Shown: positions 54,302-64,000 of the stretch, piece after piece
Position numbering within the stretch: the first letter of the stretch is position 1
How the letters are laid out: each line of letters begins with the position of its first letter
From: Bdellovibrionales bacterium
Lineage (GTDB): Bacteria; Bdellovibrionota; Bdellovibrionia; Bdellovibrionales; UBA1609
Length of the DNA stretch: 64,000 nt
Direction: 5' to 3'
Assembly: GCA_965261545.1 (NCBI GenBank)
Contig: CBDHDF010000007.1
Span: 539,488-603,487 of the forward strand
Notes under the pieces: model-generated
What the model saw: the letters and a program-made list of their open reading frames with translations, nothing else
Database searches by the model: none
What the model was told of the DNA's origin: nothing
Position numbers and translations under genes: made by a program

Positions 54302-55659
54302 TCTATGCCATTTTTCTGGCAAGTCAGGAGAAAGCTTCGGTTTCTACAAAATGTCTTGGCTCCCATCAACGAACGAAAGCACCCAGATATTTTCTGCTGA
54401 ACTTTGGTCATTCTCAGATCATTTTCTGCTATATTATTCGTAAATGGAACTATGGGGTCCTTCATAAATAGCAAGGTATCATCTTCAAAGTTTCTCAGTC
54501 GATCTAGTAAATTTCTAGATTTGGATTGTTTAACCTTTCCCTTCTTTTTTTTCTCTGTCCTCTCCATTAATGGAGATTCCTTTTCCCCTTCGAAGAGAAT
54601 ATTTCGATATTTCTCTTTGTAATATTCAATTCGGTCTTGTGAAAGGCATTGGTTCTGCGTATCGTGCACCTCTTTGTTTATTGTCTCTAAAAGAGACTTC
54701 ATTTCTTTTGCCCATTTTTGATCATCTTGCTCCCAAGCTCTTTGAAGCTCCCTTAAATGGTGCGCATTGCAAAGGGCATGAATGCAGGAAGTATATGTAT
54801 AATAAGGTTTCCAATGGTCATGACAAACAATCCCTGTGTATTTTGGAAGAATTCCCATGCGATCCATAGCCTCTGCGCCTCTTTTTTCGTCCACCTGATA
54901 GAGAACCACAGTATCATTGGACAAGAGGTGAAACCACAGCCTCTTCCCATTAACATTCACTCCAGTTTCGTCAGCATGAATCAAAGGTGAGTTCAGAAGA
55001 GTTTCCTTTGCCCACTCCTCAAAAGCTTCCAGAGCCTCAAAGGCAGATTTGTTAAAATTGTGTACCGTAGATCCAGCAAGCGATAGACCCCATTGATTAA
55101 AGTAACTTGCGACTCGAAGATGAGGGATTAACTGAAACTGGGACATATAAACTGAGTGAGCTTTCACAGAAGGGCCATATTGAGTTGGGTTATTGATTCC
55201 TTCTGGAAAACCTGCAACCCACTGATTCCCATCTTGGTCTTCGAGGATTTCTCCTTGATACTCCGTGACATGCACAGAAAGGTCTACCTCAAATACTTGA
55301 CGCTTTTCAACTCCAGAAGAAATGTAATCACCTGGAGGAAGTTCCTCTTTATTAATAGAAATGAACTCCACCTTGTCTGGAGTATCCACGGGTTTTAAAG
55401 TAGCTCCTTCGTGTCCGGGTTGTCCTCCTGGCTTCTTACCAGTTTCTTCCTTAGGTTTCTTTTTAGGGCCATTCGGATCTTGAGAAGGGGCAATACTACT
55501 GTTTTGACTATTTAATTTTTTTTGATTTACTAGAATAGTGATGATTTTGATCAACAACTCAATGGCCACAATAAAAGCGGGAGAAAGGGACTTCTCTTTC
55601 TTAAGAAGCTTCCTGATTTTATTTATGGCTGAAGACACGTCAATATTTTCTATTTTCAT
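54302..55659 (-). pseudogene. IS66 transposase; last ~28 codons lie at 52412-52326 beyond IS256
   Basis: NS.NSS.APS.D, GGQPGHEG, HADETG, HALCNAHHLREL, PFTNN.AE.DLRM.K; restored tail ...GIEPKDALNMLFQGKLPSFMTRIRPPPE with its stop inside the TIR. Confidence 0.92.
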
Positions 55660-55933
55660 ACTTACCTTATGAAAATATTAACATGCCTTTTTTTCATTAA
55701 AAAAAATGCACTAGGATTCGTTCTAAGAAGCAAAAGGAATGAGAAGTGCCCCCCGCGACCTATGTTTCACAATCTTTCAATACTATGGCTCTCAGAGAGT
55801 TTAAGCCATATGCAGGAACATATTCGATAAAGAACAAATGAAAGAGGTCGTTTGCTTCAAAAACTTGTCAAGAATTTTTATACTTTTTTTAAAAAAATTG
55901 TTCGAATTAATGCAGCACCCCCTGAATAGTTAC

Positions 55934-56836
55934 AATATTCTTACTTTAGCTAAGGAGTACAAAATCAATCTAAAATGTTTGGTTTTAGACAAAGGATTTT
56001 ATAGCCAAAGCAATATCAAGGACTTGGATGATAAAGGACTATCTTATATTATCCCTATGAGCTTTGTGTCAAATCTTTCCAAAGAACTTGTAAATTCCTT
56101 ATCTTCTAACCTTTCGTCTTCGGCTTCAGCATTTGGTTTCCAAGGAGATACCTATTGGTATTGTCAGAAAGAGATAAAAATAGGGAAGGTAGATTGTGTA
56201 GCCCACCTATATTTGGACAAGAAAAAAAGAACTCAACAAGAGTCTAAATTTCTTGCAAAGATATATGAATTTGAAAATATTTTCTATCAGAAGACGTTTC
56301 AAGATGAATCTTCTTGTCGCACCTATATAAATGATACTTTCGGAGTTCAAAAGAAATTTTTTAAGATTAAAAAGGAGAATGAATATTTTGTTTTAGAAAG
56401 AAATGTGGATGATCTTGAGGTAGAAATCAATCGCATGGGGTGCGTCATCCTTCTAACAGATTCTAAGATAAATATCTCTAGGGATGAGGTACTATCTTTG
56501 TATAGAAACAAAGATAGTATAGAAAAAATATTCTTCTCTTTAAAGCATAATCTTAATGAAAAAAGAAATAGAATGCATTCTCTTCAAAATATGAAAGGAA
56601 GTCTTTTTATTAACTTTATAGCCTTGATTCTAATTTCATGGATCGATCATGTAATGAAAGAAAAGGAACTTTATAAAGATTTTTCAAAAGATGAAGTCTA
56701 TAAAATATTAGATCGCTTGAAATTTTATAAGTTAGCAACAGGTAAGGTCGTTTTGGGAGAAATATCAGGGAAGCAGAAGACTATTTACTCAGCCTTTAAC
56801 ATAGGAACTCATGTGGATCACAGGTTTAAAATATAG
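55934..56836 (+). pseudogene. IS1634-type C transposase, C-terminal piece
   Basis: VLDKGFYS, YRNKDSIEK.F..LK; in frame with 47184-47367 across the TSD. Confidence 0.9.
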
Positions 56837-57066
56837 TGTATTCGTTGCTTTAGAGCCTGTCGAGCCTGTCCTCATAATGAAATTGTACTTCAGTTTCCAT
56901 ACCTTAATCCAGTCGAAAAGAAACAAAGGAGGCAAAGATTTATTTATTTTGAGTATACAAAAAAATAATGGCCACTATTCTTCTCATTGAAGGCAGGTCT
57001 TAGGTCTTGGTTTATGCAAGCCTTTGGTCCTGAAACCTAGTCATAACTGAAGGGGATTTCAGGAAA

Positions 57067-59800
57067 TTAAGCTTCATCGTAGTCCCACAATGCCCCTAAG
57101 TCTAACTCTATCGCATCAAATGGCGGGGCCAAAGCCTTATCGTTTTCTGTAAAACCAATCTCCATTCGGTAATTTTGATCTTGAAAAGCAAAAATCTCCA
57201 AGGTTCGAGCAATGGGGTCTATCACCCAATAATACGGGATGCCATTAGCAGCATATATTCGCATCTTTGAAATTCTGTCATAGCGTGCCGTGGATGGAGA
57301 CAAAACCTCACAAACCCAATCTGGAGGTAATTCAAAATAAGATGTTTCTGGAAGTTTTGGGAGACGGTCTTTTTTCCAACCTGCTAAATCAGGCACAATC
57401 ACATTGTATTTCTCTTTTTTTTGAGTGGGATTTTTAAAATGAAGCTCCGGCTCATAAATAATCCACCAGCCTCCTGGCCCCCCGTTTCCGAATTGAAAAG
57501 GCCCTCCAATTTTAACCACTAAAGATGAAGAAGTCACCGCATGTCTCGGAGCAGGTCTTGGTGAAGTAATTCCCGAGTTTGACAGCAGCATCTGCGTTAA
57601 AATGCGAAATTTCCAGAAATTGGGGTTGTACTGAAATATAATGGTAGCTGCTGGAAAAATTAAAATTGACGTAAAAAAAGTGTAGAAAACAAAATAGGAT
57701 TTTATCGTTTTAAATATTGATATATCATAGAAATATGTAGAAAATATCCTCATGTACATCCAAACGACTAAAAACTCAAAAGGTCAGTGCTACTACCACC
57801 TTGTGGAGTCCTACAGAGAAAAAGGCAAATCCAAAAAACGCATGCTCATGTCCTTAGGTAAGGCTGGAGAAGGAGGAGAGGATAAGATTAATAGTTTGGC
57901 GCAGGCGTATCCCGCCACCGAGAGCTTCTCACTGTGAGTCAATTGGCTAAGGAGCTTTACATCGAAGAGACTTTCATTTTGGGTCCCTTGCTGATTTTAC
58001 AAAAGTTGTTTGATCAACTGGGTATCAATAAGACCCTCAAAGACATAAAAGATTCTCATGAGAAAGTTCAATTTGATTTATGTAAGGTGATTTTTACCTT
58101 AGTTGCCAGCCGATTTATTGCTCCTAGTTCCAAGTTAAAGGTTTTTGAGTATTGGCAAAAATCTTTTTACCCAGACATGATTAAGGGTGATTTGAGTCTC
58201 CAGCATATTTATCGGTCTATGGACTTACTTGCCTCCCATAAGGATGAAATAGAGAACTCGCTTTATTGGGTGGGGCGAGATTTATTTAATTTCCAAGTAG
58301 ACATTGTGTTGTATGATTTAACAACCTTACGCTTCGAGAGTACAAGAACAGACTTAGGGAAACTTCGTCAATTTGGCTATAGTAAAGAGAGACGATCAGA
58401 CTGCACCCAAGTTGTCTTTGGTTTGTTGGTGAATCGGGATGGCATCCCTTTAGGTTTTGAGGTTTTCCCTGGTAATACTTTTGAAGGCAAGACGCTTTCA
58501 GATATTGTTGATAAAATGAGAAAAAAGTTTAATGTACGCCGTTTCATTTTTGTGGCTGATAGGGGGCTTTTATCAAAGGCTAATACTGACAAACTCAGTG
58601 AGGATCAAAGCGAGTTTATTGTTGGTATGAAGCTTGGATCTTTAAAAAAAGAAAAGAAACAAGAGGTCTATGATTTAAATCGTTTTAGCTGGGTATATGA
58701 GAATGAGCTTGCTGTTTACGAAACAGACCATGGGGGGCATAGATGTATTGTGACTTGGTCTAGGAAAAGAGCAGAGAGGGATAAAAAATCTAGAGAATCC
58801 CTTCTTGAAAAGATCGAAGGAAAACTATCTTCTAAAGGTGTTCAGTCTAGTACTTTTGTTTCCAATAAAGGTTATAAGAAATATGTAAAGATGGCTGACG
58901 ACAAAAATAAAAAACCTGAATTAAATGCAGAACAAATAGAATTAGATGAAAAAATTGATGGTTTTTTTGCCGTCCTTACAAATGTCAAAGACTTGACGGC
59001 AGATGAGATTATTATCAACTACAAAGAATTGTGGAAAATTGAAGATGCTTTTGGTGAGTTAAAAGGGACTTTGAAAACACGTCCTGTTTTCCATTGGACA
59101 GACCAGAGGATTATTGGACATTTAACTCTATGCTTTTTAACTTATCTTTGTGAGGCCCACCTTACAAAATGTTTAAGAGATAAGAAGATGAACCTAAAAA
59201 GCCCAGCCATAGGCATTGGTCATGTTAAAGAGCGACCTTTAACTGTTGTAGAGGCCATGAGGGAACTCAAGGAAGTTAGGGCTATCCCTGTTAAAATTCG
59301 TGATCAAGTCATTTGGACCCGCACAGATATCACTGGCAATGCCAACTCCTTATTTAAAGCCGCAGGCGTCCCCATCCCTCCCAGAATCCTTAATGCCCAC
59401 AAGTGTGGATAAACAAAATACAACTATATGCGTTAATCCTTTAATATCATTCGTTTGACGCAGATGCTGCTGTCAAACTCGGGAGTTTTGGGAGACGGTC
59501 TTTTTTCCAACCTGCTAAATCAGGCACAATCACATTGTATTTCTCTTTTTTTTGAGTGGGATTTTTAAAATGAAGCTCCGGCTCATAAATAATCCACCAG
59601 CCTCCTGGCCCCCCGTTTCCGAATTGAAAAGGCCCTCCAATTTTAACCACTAAAGATGAAGAAGTCACCGCATGTCTCGGAGCAGGTCTTGGTGAAGTAA
59701 TTAACTCATCATTAAAAATCTCACCCACAACATTTTCTGGTAAATCACACAATTCTTCCCACAAGCTTAAATATGTCTTTACTCTCTCTGCTTTGCTCAT
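57067..59800 (-). pseudogene. Uma2-family endonuclease split by IS1634-type A
   Basis: GEI...L..SPRP...H, EPELH, VPDLAGW, PDWVCEVLSPST..D...K...YA..G...YW..DP. Confidence 0.9.
57572..59483 (+). mobile_element. IS1634-type A, copy 3 (1-nt deletion near 57906), with 219-bp direct repeats
   Basis: Same TIRs; DR at 57353-57571 and 59484-59702. Confidence 0.96.
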
Positions 59801-59883
59801 GATTATGATGCCTCTGAAGATTTTTCTAAACCTCTCATCTAAAGCTCTAACAATTCTCCCTGGGTCTTCGCCCTTCGTCCAGA

Positions 59884-62800
59884 TTAAAAGTGGGCCTTAT
59901 ACCCCATGTAGTATGTGGCAAATCCTCTATACAATGATGTATCTATATAGGGGCTTGCGTGGACATCAAACTTGGGTTGTGAGTTGAAGACATTGATCAC
60001 CCCAAAAGTGAACTCCCCATTCATAGGAACGCCAGCCTGTTTCCACCTCATAAAGATATCATACTGGGAATGAGAGGGAATGCTTCCATCTTCATACATG
60101 GTAAGATAGTCCCCCACGGTTCTTCGTTTGAATTGAATATGACTACCCTCCAAGGCACCCCAGAGAGGTTGGTTCACAGAAAGGCTGTAGCGATAACGGG
60201 GCACACCGTACTCTCCCAAGTAGCTATGGTACCCCAACTCTTTAAAGGTTCGACTCTCTTTATTTAGAACACGAGAGTAGTCCAATGCCACAAAGGTTCT
60301 TCTGAAAGTAAAACCTGCTTTGATATCAATACCATCGGTTCGAGATCCCCCGATGTTGTTATAGGGGGCGATGATTTTATCGATATCGGGGTTGGCATCC
60401 ATATCCCGAATAATGTGAACGCCATATTTAGAGGGATCACCTCCCATGGCCTCCAACTTAAGGGCATCCACCACACCCGAGCCGATAGTGTCTTCTAATT
60501 CGTATTTCCAGTAATCCACAGAGAGGTTTAAATCTTTCATGAACTGAAAGCCCACTCCGAGATTGTAGGATAGAGAAGTTTCTTCCTTAAGATTTGGATT
60601 GGCTCCTCCCTCCGACAAAACGGATTTGGCTCGACAATATTGGTCTTCGCCGGTTTGGTCGCACTTAAGATAATCTTTGACACGGTAATACCCCTTTACG
60701 CTTCCTCCATGAACATCGGGAAGCTCAGGAGCTTTAAAACCTGTGCCCATGGATCCTCGAAGCATAAGCCAGTGGGTGGGTTGAAACCGAAGGGCCAACT
60801 TGGGGTTAAAGGTGCCACCAAAGTCAGAATAGTTGTCATACCTAGCGGCCAGTTGGGTTTCCAAAACATTGGAAAGCGTGGTTCCAAGTTCTACGTAGGC
60901 CGATTCTTGTATGCGATGCCCTGATCCATTCACTCCACCCAGCCCAGATGTGTTTTTGTTAACGACCTGGTCATCATCTGCCTCTTTGTAACCATGGTAG
61001 CCCAACTGCACACCTGTAGCCATGGAGAGGATCCATGGACCCACTTCTAGCAAAGATCCGTCTGCGGCAAAGTCCAAGGTGTTCACCAAATAGTTTGTGG
61101 TGGAAATGGGATCGTGAAACATCCCCCTCATATCATTGGCAAGACTGCTATGGAAGGGGTTGTACTGCCCATTTTTCATGGCCTCCTTGGACTTATCAAT
61201 CAATGCCATGCTGCCATATGTGGTGGACGTTCTATAGTTGGCGACATGGTTATTGAGAGACCAAACCCAATCACTCCATCCCTGAAGAAGTTCTCCCTCC
61301 ACTCCAGCATTGAGGCCCACTGTATATCCTCGATAGGAGTTCTTCCTCTCCAAGCTCTGAACACGGTGGGTGATTTGAAGTTTATCATTGGCTTGGACGC
61401 CCTCTAAACTCGTGCCCCATGGGGGAAGTTCTGTGGGATCAAAAGTAAGTCTCATAAAAGTGGGGCTATAGCCCGCAGACTCGGTAAAGCGCCCCAGGGC
61501 ATCCACATGGAGGGTCAAACCTGAAGACAAGGGATATTTCCACTCCGTGAAATTTGAAAGCACATGTCCGCCCCCCGACCGACTGATATGGCCAAAGTAT
61601 TGGCTGCAAAGACCTGTTTCTTCATCTCGCTCTTGGCAATTTTCAAAGGGTTTTTTGCCAATATTGGGTGTGGAGTAATTGTCTGAATAGTTGATTTCTC
61701 TTAGAGATGCTGGGTTGATGTAGTCAAGATCCTCTGTAAAGAGTGTTGTGCTTTGTCGATACTCAAGACTTGTGGTGAACTGACCTCTTGCCGAGTGGCC
61801 ACCATAGGTCACACTTGTGTTCAAAGTATCTCCACCTCTGGGCCCTGTCACATCCACCTTGGCACTGGCGACGACTCCAGTGAAGTCCTTGCGGGTGACG
61901 ATGTTAATCACTGAAGCCAGGGCTTCAGACCCGTAAACCGCCGAGGCCCCATCGGTCAGAACCTCAATACGTTCCACCGCCGATGTGGGAACGGCATTCA
62001 CATTGGAAGCTCGATTACCGTAGGCACTTCCCTGCCGGGGAAGGCGACGTCCGTTTACTAGCACAAGGGTGTTTTCAGCCCCCAGCCCGCGAACGTTGAT
62101 AGTGGATGAACTCCCTCCAAAAGGAGATACCGTAGAGTCACGAAGAACAGCTCCTATAGAATTGTGCCCTGTTTTCTCAATCTCCTCTCGGTCAATCACA
62201 TGAACAGGGGCTGGTCCCTCAAGATCGAGGCGACGAATGCGAGATCCCAGCACAGAGACCTTTTCTATGGATTCCATGGGCGGGGTGACGGGCGTCTCCT
62301 GTGGGACCTTCTCTTTCTCTTGGGCTTGCTTCTTTTTTAGCTTGCCTGTGGGCTTTGGATCCATGGGCTCAGCCGCAGGTTGTGCTGTGGGCTTTGGATC
62401 CATGGACTCAGCCGCAGGTTGTGCTGTGGGCTTTGGATCCATGGACTCAGCCGCAGGTTGTGCTGTGGGCTTTGGATCCATGGACTCAGCCGCAGGTTGT
62501 GCTGTGGGCTTTGGATCCATGGACTCAGCCGCAGGTTGTGCTGTGGGCTTTGGATCCATGGGTTCAGCCGCAGGTTGTGCTGTGGGTTTTGGATCCATGG
62601 GCTCAGCCGCAGGTTGTGCTATGGGCTTTTTGGCAAGTGGTTTTGCCGTTTCTTTTTCTTGAGGATCCTGTTGTTCTTGTTGCTTGTTTTGAGTCTCAGA
62701 AGTTGCTGCTTGAGACTGAGGAATGACTGGAGACTTAGGAGATACTGGAGGTTGGGAAGTCGTTTCTGATTTTGACGTGTTGGAGATTTTATCTTCCGTG

Positions 62801-62937
62801 GGATTTTCTTGAGCCAAAACGTTCATATTTAAAGCAAAAGTTAGTGAATAGGTCCATAAGAATAGCTTTGCAAATGATTTCATGATATTTCCCCCATTTT
62901 TATTTTCTTTATTTAAACCAAACACGCTAGCAATCAC
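59884..62937 (-). CDS. TonB-dependent receptor (start probably MKSFAK at 62883)
   Basis: Signal peptide, TonB-box-like EKVSVLGSR, plug motifs (RGLG...TLVLVNGRR, VERIEVL..GASAVYGS), C-terminal F. Confidence 0.95.
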   Translation of the reverse strand: MIASVFGLNKENKNGGNIMKSFAKLFLWTYSLTFALNMNVLAQENPTEDKISNTSKSETTSQPPVSPKSPVIPQSQAATSETQNKQQEQQDPQEKETAKPLAKKPIAQPAAEPMDPKPTAQPAAEPMDPKPTAQPAAESMDPKPTAQPAAESMDPKPTAQPAAESMDPKPTAQPAAESMDPKPTAQPAAEPMDPKPTGKLKKKQAQEKEKVPQETPVTPPMESIEKVSVLGSRIRRLDLEGPAPVHVIDREEIEKTGHNSIGAVLRDSTVSPFGGSSSTINVRGLGAENTLVLVNGRRLPRQGSAYGNRASNVNAVPTSAVERIEVLTDGASAVYGSEALASVINIVTRKDFTGVVASAKVDVTGPRGGDTLNTSVTYGGHSARGQFTTSLEYRQSTTLFTEDLDYINPASLREINYSDNYSTPNIGKKPFENCQERDEETGLCSQYFGHISRSGGGHVLSNFTEWKYPLSSGLTLHVDALGRFTESAGYSPTFMRLTFDPTELPPWGTSLEGVQANDKLQITHRVQSLERKNSYRGYTVGLNAGVEGELLQGWSDWVWSLNNHVANYRTSTTYGSMALIDKSKEAMKNGQYNPFHSSLANDMRGMFHDPISTTNYLVNTLDFAADGSLLEVGPWILSMATGVQLGYHGYKEADDDQVVNKNTSGLGGVNGSGHRIQESAYVELGTTLSNVLETQLAARYDNYSDFGGTFNPKLALRFQPTHWLMLRGSMGTGFKAPELPDVHGGSVKGYYRVKDYLKCDQTGEDQYCRAKSVLSEGGANPNLKEETSLSYNLGVGFQFMKDLNLSVDYWKYELEDTIGSGVVDALKLEAMGGDPSKYGVHIIRDMDANPDIDKIIAPYNNIGGSRTDGIDIKAGFTFRRTFVALDYSRVLNKESRTFKELGYHSYLGEYGVPRYRYSLSVNQPLWGALEGSHIQFKRRTVGDYLTMYEDGSIPSHSQYDIFMRWKQAGVPMNGEFTFGVINVFNSQPKFDVHASPYIDTSLYRGFATYYMGYKAHF
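62347..62629 (-). repeat. 39-bp coding VNTR, 7 full units (KPTAQPAAE[S/P]MDP)
   Basis: Unit TGTGGGCTTTGGATCCATGG[G/A]CTCAGCCGCAGGTTGTGC. Confidence 0.95.
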
Positions 62938-63281
62938 ACTTTAATATTAATATTTCTAAAATCACAGCAAAAGTTTTTATGCGTACCCTTTAAATTTTAA
63001 TAGGATACATTGAATGTATTAATACCTAGGTGGAGTGTGTATTAGGTGCTAGTGCTCCGTCAAAAAAGTCTTTTTCCCTGTACCAAGACTGAGATAAGTC
63101 CCTTCTGCGTTAAGCTATTGCTTTTAAAAGAACTTCCAGCCCCTGACTCAAACATGGCGTGTCACCGGGGGCTTTCTGGAAAATGGAAGAGTATTTCTTA
63201 GTTTTTGAGAAATGCGAGCTTAGTTTGTTAATAAATAATAAGTTCCCTTCGCACAAGCTATGGCAGATACTAGAGCCCCTG

Positions 63282-64000
63282 TGTACAATTGCGCGTATTG
63301 CCCGCACTGGTTGCACCCATTACCCTCACTTTCCCTATTTCAATGCGTCATTGATGATTTTCCTTCCCATTTCTGGGGAAAATTTTAGTTAATTTGTAAT
63401 CCTATTTCTTCCTATTTTAGGGAAAAGTCCTGGTCAAGTTTTGTTCCCTGGATTTTTCGATAACTCTCTCCTTTAAGTAAAATTTTTATGGCGGTATGCT
63501 TCAAACGGTCGATGATAGTATCTGCCAGCACCTCATCATCAATAATTTCTGACCAATGCGTTATTGGCAGTTGAGTGGTAATAACGGTGGACCTATCGGA
63601 ACGAAACTTTAAAATATCGCAGAAGTCTGTGGATTCACTTTGGGAGAACTTCCTTAATCCAAAGTCATCAAAAATTAACACTTGGGGGCGGCCCAGACGA
63701 CGCAAGTAGTTCAAATACCTTCCTGAGTGCCTTTCCAGGGCCAAGGTTTCTAGAAATATGTTGATGTCTATAAACAGTGTGGAGATTCTGGATTGACAAC
63801 ACTGGTGTCCCAGGCTCTGGGCCAAGAAGGTTTTACCCACCCCCGTTGGCCCTTCGACAATGATAGACCTTTGCTCCTTAACCCATGATAAAGTTTGAAG
63901 CCTATCCACCTCTCTTTTACTAATAGACCTTTTGGCATGGTGGTCAAATGCCTCACCTCTGACCTTGTGAGGCAGCTTTGAGGTCTTGAGAAGTCTTTGG
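63282..64000 (-). mobile_element. istB: IS21-type B right end with istB (ORF 63412 to beyond window)
   Basis: GPTGVGKT, FDDFG, ITTQLP, DRL; end TGTACAATTG matches 47174-47183. Confidence 0.9.

Larger units (their letters stand above)
47368..55933 (-). mobile_element. IS66-family (single-ORF, ISBst12-like) element with nested IS110 and IS256
   Basis: GTAAC...GTTAC ends; 8-bp TSD AATATTCT (47360-47367, 55934-55941); 18-bp TIR GTAACTATTCAGGGGGTG at 52322 and its reverse complement at 55916-55933. Confidence 0.92.
31569..57063 (+). mobile_element. IS1634-type C, disrupted host of a 25.5-kb nested stack
   Basis: Ends CCTGAAATCC...ATGACTAGG and CCTAGTCATAA...GGATTTCAGG; 6-bp TSD AAATTA (31563-31568, 57064-57069); transposase in three pieces (33662-34185, 47184-47367, 55934-56836). 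Confidence 0.9.

Noticed and set aside
57067..57759. 230-aa ORF fusing IS antisense sequence to the Uma2 C-terminus
   Set aside because: The N-terminus is the reverse strand of the IS left end (same in all copies); nothing indicates it is expressed.
31564..59702. Repeat lengths 57, 110, 219 look like a doubling series
   Set aside because: Only three values and no consistent helical phasing; probably coincidence.
62347..62629. Regular repeats as a possible CRISPR array
   Set aside because: Head-to-tail units without unique spacers, in frame within a CDS, and no cas genes in the window.
62940..63280. Riboswitch or Fur box upstream of the TonB receptor
   Set aside because: No recognisable consensus; part of the region (~63100-63143) is a decayed IS4 tail.

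Overview
A window of two halves, probably from a Bdellovibrionota/deltaproteobacteria-like chromosome undergoing heavy IS expansion (taxon is inferred from gene content, not proven). About 4-31.5 kb is housekeeping: ffh, a degenerate two-component pair, murG, pgsA, glpX, nuoB-CD-E-F-G-I, S8 protease, meaB, radC, pheT, ihfA and a MerR regulator. 31.6-57.1 kb is one IS1634-family element inflated to 25.5 kb by nested insertions (IS1634, IS21, IS481, IS4, IS3, IS66, IS110, IS256, a group II intron remnant, a serine recombinase remnant); many junctions are resolved by target-site duplications (TSDs). Top finding: an IS110 element sits in the terminal inverted repeat (TIR) of an IS66. Its 5' non-coding end holds a ~190-nt bridge-RNA-like structure whose first loop spells the terminal 11 bp of that IS66 TIR and whose second loop matches the IS110's own ends. 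The insertion regenerates the IS66 end and adds an outer look-alike end. Second: an IS1634-family element flanked by perfect 57, 110 and 219 bp direct repeats. All calls are by eye; no folding or database searches were run.
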